DNA of 63,357 bases, the filler included, from Acetivibrio sp. (GTDB taxonomy: Bacteria; Bacillota; Clostridia; Acetivibrionales; Acetivibrionaceae), in assembly GCF_035371925.1 (NCBI RefSeq). It is 4 parts of 4 records of this genome, joined end to end, with 100 filler letters (N's around TTAATTAATTAA, not from the genome) between each part and the next. Parts side by side here need not be neighbours in the genome. Positions count along the whole stretch, not along the records: positions 33,790 to 50,303 come from NZ_DAORXT010000063.1; positions 50,404 to 63,357 come from NZ_DAORXT010000081.1; 2 more parts are not named here. One strand, written 5' to 3'. Position numbers and translations under genes: made by a program. Shown piece after piece: positions 45,447-53,798 of this stretch. Positions within the stretch are counted from its first letter, which is position 1, and each line of letters starts with the position of its first letter. The notes under the pieces were generated by a model, which was given only the letters and a program-made list of their open reading frames with translations, had not been told where the DNA came from and ran no database searches.

Positions 45447-47813
45447 ATGGCTGAGATCATCACCACATTTGATTTACAAGGCACAACAACAAAAAAAGTA
45501 TGGGTTGAGGATAATATAAATTACGATGGGTTAGAATGGAATATAAATGACGTTGTGTGTGTCCTGACCTGTATCGGTCCCGGTGGTGTATTTTATGATA
45601 ATGATAACTTTGAAGACCCTGACATAATTCCCGCTCAATCGAGAAATAGTATAAAAATAATTACTATTCCTCTTGATCCGGAAACAGATTATACACATCC
45701 TTTAAAAGGAAATTATACAATAAAACTTACTGCAAAGAATCTTTCAACCAATCAGCAGTATGAAGTATTAAAGGTTTATAGTTTTCAGTTTGAAGTACCG
45801 AATATTATTGCCAAAATATCTTCTGGTCCCTATACGGGGAAATTAAAATCTGAAGATATAACTGATTATGGAGATAACATATTTTCTTTGACACGGGAGC
45901 ACAGGATAAAATATCCTGTTCAACTTGATCCGCCAATAGATGATATTGTAAGCAGTGATGCATTAATTGAGGTAACACCTATATATACAAACCTTTGGAA
46001 GATAATCATTTCTACTTCAGTAATTTATCACAATCCTGATGAGCTGGTAATATTATGGAGTGGAAGTAAAACATTTGAAGAATATGTCTTTGGTCGTAGT
46101 ATTATTGACATGGCTGATACTATTGACTTAATGAGGCAGATATATTCTGACACAAGTTCATGTCGTATAGGTAATCAGGAGGCAGCACAGAAAAGACTTG
46201 TTATTATAAATACTGCTTGGCACCTGCTGAATCAGGCATATATGCTTACGGGCGATGAGGAGGAATGCGATCGTTTATATGAAATTATTCAGAATGAGGT
46301 TCAGTATTCTGGTGCAGGCTTACCTGACTCTAATATTTCTGAACTTGTTGTGCCAGTTCCCCCGTTTCAGGGAGGAGGAATAAGTGAATCGTATGAGTTT
46401 GAAAATGGATTAACAGAATCATTGGGAGTTGTAAAACTTGGCGGGAGTCTTGTTGAAAATACAGTGATAAATACAATTGATAAAGAATTTAAGATAACAT
46501 CTACTTATGGAGGTTATTCGTTTTCATTTATTTTAAAAAATAACAACGGTATAGAATTAAACCATTCTACGGCAAATACACAGGGGAAAATAATAATAAA
46601 AAATGATAACATTTCTCTTGAATATAATGACCTCATCACGCAAGCAAATAGCAGAAAGTATTATATTAATTCTTCAGGGTTGGTAGAGGCTGATGATTAT
46701 CGTTCGACTTATTCAGCAAGGAGTCTTATTTCAAAACAGTATTTTGATGCCAATAATAATTGGGGTAATCAGGTAGTAATAACAGATAATACTCTTGAAG
46801 GTAATGGCACCAATTCTTCACCGTTAAAAGTAAAAAATCCTTTTCCTGGATTTTCTACCTTACAACAGGATTATGGATATATTGAGCCGACACATTCTTT
46901 TAGTGAGATAACAAATAAACCAACTACATTAGCCGGGTATGGTATAACTGATGCAGTAACAATGTTTACTCAGCTGACTGATACACCTAATTCTTATGTA
47001 GGACATGGAGGCAAATTTGTTAAAGTAAAGAATTCTGCTGACGGGCTTGAGTTTGTTTCTTCTGCCGGATTTGTACCGGATACTGGTGGCACCTTTACCG
47101 GACAGGTGACTATTAATACAAGTAATGATTATCCGTTATTATTGAGACAGTCTGGCGTAGGAGGCAATAGTGGTGTACCAGAAGCCGGGAAAAATGTCAT
47201 AGGTTTTCAGGACGGAGATAGTGACTATCAGGGAGAGGCAGGTATTGATGCAAGCGGCAATTTCTATTTGGATACCTTTGTGGCAGGTGCCAAAATCGTG
47301 TTAAAGAAGAATATTGAAGTGCAAGGTAATATAATAGTAACAGGCACAGTGGACGGCACTGACTTATCAGTATGGAAGACGGAATATGATCAAAAATCCC
47401 CAAATTGGGATGAAGCGTATTCATGGGGGGATCATGCCGGTTTGTATCAACCTGTTGATGAAGATTTGACTGCCATAGCCTCACTTGGATTTACACAATC
47501 AGCCTTATTGCGAAAAACAGGTGTAAATACATGGACACTTGACACAAACGTATATGCTACGGAACAATATGTTCTTGAACATATAATTTCAGATCATGGT
47601 AGTCTTTCTGGCTTATCAGATGATGATCATCCTCAATATGCTCTTGCTGATGGTAGCAGGTGTGTATTCTATATACCTTACGGTGTAAAACAGACAGGTG
47701 TTGCAGGTGTAGTGGGACAAATGTCTATTTCTGATGATTATCTTTTTATATGTGTTGTTGGTGGAGGTGCCGGAGTTGCTATTTGGAAGAAAATACCGCT
47801 TGTACAAACATAA
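45447..47813 (+). CDS. Virion structural/fibre protein (788 aa, mosaic)
   Basis: Fibre motifs KPTTLAGYGITDA, FTQLTDTPNSY.GHGGKFVKV, NWDEAYSWGDHA and DHGSLSGLSDDDHPQY. Confidence 0.7.
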   Translation: MAEIITTFDLQGTTTKKVWVEDNINYDGLEWNINDVVCVLTCIGPGGVFYDNDNFEDPDIIPAQSRNSIKIITIPLDPETDYTHPLKGNYTIKLTAKNLSTNQQYEVLKVYSFQFEVPNIIAKISSGPYTGKLKSEDITDYGDNIFSLTREHRIKYPVQLDPPIDDIVSSDALIEVTPIYTNLWKIIISTSVIYHNPDELVILWSGSKTFEEYVFGRSIIDMADTIDLMRQIYSDTSSCRIGNQEAAQKRLVIINTAWHLLNQAYMLTGDEEECDRLYEIIQNEVQYSGAGLPDSNISELVVPVPPFQGGGISESYEFENGLTESLGVVKLGGSLVENTVINTIDKEFKITSTYGGYSFSFILKNNNGIELNHSTANTQGKIIIKNDNISLEYNDLITQANSRKYYINSSGLVEADDYRSTYSARSLISKQYFDANNNWGNQVVITDNTLEGNGTNSSPLKVKNPFPGFSTLQQDYGYIEPTHSFSEITNKPTTLAGYGITDAVTMFTQLTDTPNSYVGHGGKFVKVKNSADGLEFVSSAGFVPDTGGTFTGQVTINTSNDYPLLLRQSGVGGNSGVPEAGKNVIGFQDGDSDYQGEAGIDASGNFYLDTFVAGAKIVLKKNIEVQGNIIVTGTVDGTDLSVWKTEYDQKSPNWDEAYSWGDHAGLYQPVDEDLTAIASLGFTQSALLRKTGVNTWTLDTNVYATEQYVLEHIISDHGSLSGLSDDDHPQYALADGSRCVFYIPYGVKQTGVAGVVGQMSISDDYLFICVVGGGAGVAIWKKIPLVQT

Positions 47814-47816
47814 AAG

Positions 47817-48602
47817 ATGGCACAGTATGATATAATATTAAATCAGAATATTGCTTCCAGTGGGGCAGAGTTCGTTGAGAGACTTATTACTGCCGACAAA
47901 GGCTGTCTTATCACTTTTAATTCGTCTAAAGTACCTGTAATGCTTCCACCGGGAGGGGATGGCTGTACTTTAATAAGTGACAGCACCTCAGCTTATGGTA
48001 TAAGATGGACGACAGCTGCTGTAATGCACGAACAAAATACAGATACAGGAACGACTTCTTCAATATTTAAAATTGATAGCGATGGCAATGGCATCGAACT
48101 TACAGCCGAGACTAATGAGAGATTTGCTATTAAACAGAACGGAGGAGATTATTATGCTGATTTGCGTATAAGAGATATTTTTCTTGATAATATAAATTTG
48201 GCAGGAAGTTCCTATCGCAATACTGTGATAGGCGATGGTAAGGGAAAATCAATATTGTCTATTTATCCGACTGATGTAAAGACATATTTTACAATTAGTG
48301 GTCTAAGTGGACCACAGGTGCAGGTAGATTTTTACAATTCAATAGTAAATATTTTCGGACCGCTGAGAGTTACTTCTGTAACATATTTTGACGACAGAGT
48401 TGTTATTGGAAGTTTATCTCCGCCTTCGAGTTCAGTTGCTCTTGAAATTGCCTCTAAGAAGGCTTTTCTTGCACCGAGATTGACTACTTCAGAGAGATTG
48501 GCTCTTTCACCTATAGAAGGTATGATAGTTTATGATACTACACTTAAATTGTTTTATGGATATCAAAACGGACAATGGTATTATTTTCAGAGAAGTACAT
48601 AA
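47817..48602 (+). CDS. Short fibre protein (261 aa)
   Basis: N-terminus paralogous to the next gene; C-terminal ALEIASKKAFLAPRLTTSER...EGMIVYDTT...GYQNGQW module. Confidence 0.6.
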   Translation: MAQYDIILNQNIASSGAEFVERLITADKGCLITFNSSKVPVMLPPGGDGCTLISDSTSAYGIRWTTAAVMHEQNTDTGTTSSIFKIDSDGNGIELTAETNERFAIKQNGGDYYADLRIRDIFLDNINLAGSSYRNTVIGDGKGKSILSIYPTDVKTYFTISGLSGPQVQVDFYNSIVNIFGPLRVTSVTYFDDRVVIGSLSPPSSSVALEIASKKAFLAPRLTTSERLALSPIEGMIVYDTTLKLFYGYQNGQWYYFQRST

Positions 48603-48608
48603 AATTAT

Positions 48609-50303
48609 ATGGCTCAATATGATGTTATATTAACTCAGAATGTTGCTGAGAGTGGCAGTGAATATGTAGAAAGATTTATTCCTTTTACAAAAGGTATAAT
48701 TATTTCTGCAAATTCTTTAAATCAACCAGTTGTTCTTGCTCCTGGCACTAATGGATATTTTTTAAAGAGAGATGACACTCAGGAATGTGGTCTTGCATGG
48801 GTGCCAGTACCTGCACCTGTGGATTCACCATTGCTTGATTGGGATAGTAATAATAATTATTATAATGCTTATGCTTCAGGCAATAAGGCAAATGGAAGGT
48901 TTTATTATGGCAATATTGATCCAACGGGGACACAGCGTTTAAATTATGATGGTTATTTTTATGCGACGGCTTTGTATAGTGGTAATTTGCCTGTACTTGC
49001 AGGTACCGGAACGGAAAAACAAATTGCTTATTGGAGCGGGACAAGTTCTTTGACAGGTAATAATTATTTTATTTATGATAATGGAAATGTTAAGTTATCC
49101 GAGGGGAATATTCTTCTTTTAACAAAAGGAAAAGTATATGGTTTTTCTTCATCAGATACTGGATTTTATGAAGATTCTTATGGGAATATTATATTGAAAT
49201 TGAATTCTGATAGTTATTTTAAATGGAACTCAGACGGATTTCATGTAGATCATATAGAGGAACTGACTTTATCTCACGGGGTGGTATTCAATAACAGCGT
49301 TTTAATTGGTTCTGACGCTACAACTACAGGTGTACAATTTCTTTATCCAGAGCCAAGGTTAAGATTGGTAAATAATGTTGCAGGAGTTACCGATCTTATG
49401 CCAGGCGTTACCGATAGTAGTTCTGCCGTTGCTTATTATTTTGGCACAATAAATTCTCTTACAACGCAAGGGGCGAAACTTGCAGCATTTTATAATAGTG
49501 GCAATGAAAGATTTTATATTGACAAGGACGGATATATTGGAACACCTGATGGTATTCAAAGACACTTTAAGATTTCGGCAGGGAATGCCATAGGAGGTTC
49601 AGGAACTGATGCAGGGGACTTAATACTGAAGGCTGGCGATGCAATAAATGGAGATTCAAATTCTAATTATGGAACTATTTATTTAATTCCAGGTAGTCCG
49701 TATAACAATTATGGAGCAAATTTATATTTAGGTCACGACACATTATTTAATGGCTCATATATTACTTTGAGGACTGCAGGCACTGCTTCAGATGTTAGTA
49801 TGTCTATAATTCCAAAAGGTTCAGGGACAATTTTATTACAATCATCTTCAACTATAAGTGTATATGCAGAAAATTATTTAAGTCTCAATAATTTTCTAAG
49901 ATTATATACTTCTCCTAAAATTGTGCAGTTTTATGGGTGTGATGGGATTATCGCAGGGGCAGATGATAATGTTGGATTTGATTTGACAGTAAGAGGAGGA
50001 AGTTCTGCTCAGAATAATATTGCGGGAGGTGATGTTTATATTTATGGAGGAAATCCTGGGACTGGAGGAATAAGAGGTAATATATATTTTGGAGATGGTT
50101 CAAATGGTTATCTGCCTGCTAAAACAAATGAAACTAATGTAGTTTATTATGACCAATCTACAGGGAAATTGAGTTATGGTTCAGTGTCAGGCGGGGGCAT
50201 GGTGTATCCAGGTGCAGGTATTGCTGTTTCTACAGGTTCTGCTTGGGGTACTTCATTACAATTATCAACTACAGGAGATCGTTGGGGCGTATTGCCATTT
50301 GTT
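48609..50303 (+). CDS. Long tail fibre/spike-like protein, truncated at the contig end
   Basis: MAQYDVILTQN N-terminal domain; Gly-rich beta-repeat motifs (GGNIYIYGG-like GGDVYIYGGNPG, AGDLILKAG); runs into the gap. Confidence 0.7.
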
Positions 50304-50403
50304 NNNNNNNNNNNNNNNNNNNNNNNNNNNNNNNNNNNNNNNNNNNNTTAATTAATTAANNNNNNNNNNNNNNNNNNNNNNNNNNNNNNNNNNNNNNNNN
50401 NNN
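50304..50403. other. Artificial contig joint (N-TTAATTAATTAA-N)
   Basis: Linker at 50348-50359. Confidence 0.97.
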
Positions 50404-50405
50404 AA

Positions 50406-51542
50406 CCGGGAAACTATGCATCAAGAGCAGAAGCTTTTGCTTTGCTTGCAAATTATGTTAGAAATTTTATTGACAAGGATTTGGATGAAATACCCGAAAA
50501 AACTCCCGGTACAACTCATGACCAGGTTTCACCTACTCCAAAGCCTGTGACATCATCTTCACCTTCCGGTTCCGGTTCAACAATTGAAAGTGGGCCGTTT
50601 AAAGGTAAATCGGTTGATGACTTTTTATATGTATCGGGCGGAGATTTTAGAATTTTTAATGAAGAACAGAAAAAAGCCACTATCGAAGGCGTATTTGACC
50701 AAGAAAATGTAAAAAAGATGTACTACAATGTGAAATACTATGGATTTGATATGGAAACTCCTAAGATGGAAAAAGATAATATTACAAATGGGTTAATCGC
50801 TCTAGGTCCAAAAGAAGAAGAAAAAGGAATATTTAATGAAAACAAAACCCCATATGGTTGGGCACTCAAAGATTTTGAACTTAACAAGGACTATTTTAAG
50901 ATTAATATTATTTTAGTGATAGAAGACCAATATGGAAATAATCTTACTAAAACTTTGACAAATATAAATGATAAGGATTCGGACGGAGATGGACTGTCTG
51001 ACTATGAAGAGGTATACATATACAATACAAATCCGTTAAATTCCGATACCGATGAAGATAAACTTTCAGATTATGAAGAAATTAATATTTATGGAACAGA
51101 TCCATTAAATCCCGATACCGATGAAGATGGCTTAACAGATTACGAGGAAGTTAAAGCATGGGTTATTTTAGAATTAGGTTCGATAGTATCAATTTTTTAT
51201 AATGCTCCTGAATACGAAGAGATGGGAATTGAAGGCATGGAACTTGTATCTGAAAAATATGGCTATAAAAAAGAGCAGATAATTTTGGGATTGGATCCCC
51301 TAAATCCCGATACGGACGGAGACGGACTTCCTGACGGTTATGAATTTAGAATTTTGGGTACTGATCCGACACGCAAGGTAACATATGGTATGAATGTACC
51401 GGATGTTGACCTTGATATTGATGGAGATGGACTTTCAAACTGGAATGAGTTTATAAATGGAACAGATCCATGGTTAGAAGATACAGATGGAGACGGTATT
51501 AGTGATTATGATAAGGTTCATACGCAAAAACAGATTAATTGA
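50406..51542 (+). pseudogene. 3' part of an SLH-anchored surface protein with Ca-binding DxDGDG repeats, frameshifted and truncated
   Basis: Frame is open from the contig start: PGNYASRAEAFALL (end of an SLH repeat), P/S/T linker, repeated DSDGDGLSDYEE/DTDGDG units. The last repeat (HTDGNGID) continues in another frame. Confidence 0.65.
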
Positions 51543-51570
51543 ATACCATACGGACGGAAATGGGATTGAT

Positions 51571-51759
51571 TATGTGAGTACATTAGGATTAAATGAGGCA
51601 ACAATAAAAAAATATATGCAAAAGCAAGAAAAGCATGACATTATGATTGACGAATTAAGTGTAAAAGAATATGGATACCCCTTAAGGGGTATCCAGCAAT
51701 ACATTTGTTCCTTTAGGAGCAGCAAAAAAGGTGAAGGCATTGTAATTTGCTCAACGTGA
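51571..51759 (+). mobile_element. IS200/IS605-family TnpA C-terminal remnant
   Basis: YVSTLGLNEATIKKYMQKQEKHDIMIDELSVKEYGYPLRG resembles the C-terminus of Firmicute IS200 transposases; no N-terminal HUH part is present. Confidence 0.75.
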
Positions 51760-52199
51760 AGGCTAGCCTTTCTAGGCTCAGGACGGTGACACCCTATTAT
51801 AGATGTTTGCTCTTATTTTTGATTTGAATCAACATATTAATTGGCATTTTCTATTTTAAGCTTGCAGGAAATGGAAATTCTCGACTGGAGTTTTTTCTTT
51901 CTAATATTTGCTCAAGCTGCTGTGTTGTGTTTTTCAATCGGCATTGCTATGTTTTTTTGCTTATAGTTGTTTTTTGCCATCTTATTACTCCAAACAAGAC
52001 TATGTTTATTGTTGTGTTGATGTTATTTTATATCACGGGAGATTTATTATACTGTTCATTATTTACAGGTAATGATTTAAGGTTTTGACAGGAGAAGTTT
52101 AGGGTGGAATGAATTTCTAATTGGGTTTTGCTGATGTAGTTATTTGGAGTTTTTTTGAAGTATGGCAATGATATTTACGATATATGTGATATATACTTC

Positions 52200-52485
52200 A
52201 ATGGGAAAGTTTTACTTGTAAGTCCATTGAAAAAATAGCTAATTTATGGTATATTTTAACTGTGGTTAGAGAAATATTTGGTAAAATGTGGTTCTAAAAT
52301 TATTGCAAAATTTTTATCGACAGTCCTCTAGTCCTTGAAAAAAGTGGGTTAGATGCCTATGTTGGTGACTCAAAAATGCGTGAAATTTGATAAAAATGGG
52401 GCTTTTTTTAATGAAATTTGCTTAAAAAAGTTCCGTCAAAAAATTTCCGTAAGGCTTGAAAATGGCGGGATACGACTCCGAGGAC
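52200..52485 (+). promoter_or_regulatory. CRISPR leader (left boundary approximate)
   Basis: AT-rich non-coding DNA adjoining the first perfect repeat, on the side opposite the decayed repeats. Confidence 0.55.
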
Positions 52486-52807
52486 GTTGAAGTGGTACTT
52501 CCAGTAAAACAAGGATTGAAACCNNNNNNNNNNNNNNNNNNNNNNNNNNNNNNNNNNNNNNNNNNNNNNNNNNNNNNNNNNNNNNNNNNNNNNNNNNNNN
52601 NNNNNNNNNNNNNNNNNNNNNNNAGTTGAAGTGGTACTTCCAGTAAAACAAGGATTGAAACACATGAATTTGAGTGTTCTCGCTATAGTTTTCTGTTGTT
52701 GAAGTGGTACTTCCAGTAAAACAAGGATTTAAGCATTCTAAAAAGTGCATTGCTTTTATTCCAACTACTTATTGAAGTGATATTTCCACAGAAATTATCT
52801 ATAAAGT
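52486..52807 (+). CRISPR. CRISPR array, 37-bp repeat GTTGAAGTGGTACTTCCAGTAAAACAAGGATTGAAAC, mostly collapsed into a 100-N gap
   Basis: Perfect repeats at 52486-52522 and 52625-52661; a 3'-degenerate repeat at 52698-52734; a decayed repeat at 52771-52807; two visible 36-bp spacers; ends in an ATTGAAAC handle. Confidence 0.93.
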
Positions 52808-52882
52808 GAGAATAGGGGTAATTTGACTACATAAAAACATTTTGTTATAGTTTCACTATTAGGAATTAAAGGTGAATAGATT

Positions 52883-53503
52883 ATGAGTACAACTTTTGAG
52901 GTATATCCGGGAAAAGAATATGTACCTTCCTTTGCAGAACTACTGGATATTTCAAACGAAAGGATTAATTCCTTTTTAAGAGATTCAGGTATTATAAAAA
53001 GTGCTATCCTGGATGTCGAAATCCATAAAAATATAGATCATTCTAAGGTAAAATTCAATATGAACGATAAATTAATTTGGAATGACGATTATTATGTATG
53101 GTTTTTTATTCGGGGAGTTGATGGAGGGACTGATTCCTATTATCACAAAATAACCGAATTTGATAAAGAAATATGGAAAGAGGAAATTAGTATTAATGCC
53201 AAGGTGAGGCAATTTGCGGATTCAATCAATAAAAGTATAGAAATTGGACATTACTGGTCTTTTAGAAGGAGTGCGGGGCAGCCGGGCATAATTAACCTTG
53301 CTTATGGCTTAATAGCTGCATCTCTTGCAAAAATAACTGATGGTTTTATTTACTCCGATGATGGTGCATGGGATTATGATCGCTTTCCTGCTTTGGCTGA
53401 AGATTTTTTTCGATGGTACTTTAAGCCTGAATTTGCAGGGAAAAGCGAATATAAGATGTGGGCACAAAATTGTATTGAGTCTATATACGAGGAACTCAAA
53501 TAA
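52883..53503 (+). CDS. Hypothetical protein (206 aa)
   Basis: Clean ORF with an AAGGTG RBS; aromatic-rich; no family recognised. Confidence 0.75.
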   Translation: MSTTFEVYPGKEYVPSFAELLDISNERINSFLRDSGIIKSAILDVEIHKNIDHSKVKFNMNDKLIWNDDYYVWFFIRGVDGGTDSYYHKITEFDKEIWKEEISINAKVRQFADSINKSIEIGHYWSFRRSAGQPGIINLAYGLIAASLAKITDGFIYSDDGAWDYDRFPALAEDFFRWYFKPEFAGKSEYKMWAQNCIESIYEELK

Positions 53504-53798
53504 TTATAAGGCTACTCAGTTGCAGTTGGCGTGGCCTTTATTCATATCTGGGTGTTTGTTTTACGAGATAATATGCATTTTCAAGTGAGCTATATTCCAT
53601 TCAAATAACCTAAAAACAGCATTTTAAGAATTCCCATAAAGAGTTTGAAAAGTATGCAGAGTCGTCAATTTTCCGAAGTTAAATAAATTTAATCTATTGA
53701 ATAATTATTTCCATAGCCTTATAATTAATTATGGTAGCTTGTATTACATATGTAGTATGGCTTCATTAATTTAAAAATACATGCACAGTTTTTAGGTT

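Larger units (their letters stand above)
33790..50303 (+). mobile_element. Partial genome of a crAss-like (Bacteroidota-type) tailed phage: packaging, head and fibre module
   Basis: All genes co-oriented. Order: GroES-like, TerS candidate, TerL (745 aa), portal (759 aa), 403-aa protein, MCP (457 aa), 305-aa protein, fibres. No SD sites; bounded by linkers; no integrase or att site. Confidence 0.85.

Noticed and set aside
33790..50303. Stop-codon reassignment (TAG or TGA), known in some crAss-like phages
   Set aside because: ORFs are long and tightly packed in code 11, and both TAG (34119) and TGA (36657, 43034) serve as ordinary gene ends.
45447..50303. Diversity-generating retroelement acting on the fibres
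   Set aside because: No reverse transcriptase and no TR/VR pair differing at adenines was seen; the distal fibre end is missing.
33618..50441. Prophage integrated between pyrD and the SLH gene
   Set aside because: Both boundaries are artificial linkers; no integrase, att repeats or host-phage junction sequence is present.
51487..51759. The 90-aa ORF as a real gene
   Set aside because: It is a chimera of the out-of-frame repeat tail and the IS200 remnant.
51830..52200. Small membrane-protein gene upstream of the CRISPR leader
   Set aside because: Only short hydrophobic stretches interrupted by stops; it may be a decayed gene but cannot be supported.
52662..52770. Visible CRISPR spacers targeting the phage contig or self
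   Set aside because: No match was seen by eye on either strand; only two old trailer spacers are visible, so this is uninformative until searched computationally.
52883..53503. The ORF after the array as a cas gene
   Set aside because: No Cas1, Cas2, Cas4 or Cas6 (Gly-rich loop) motifs are recognisable.
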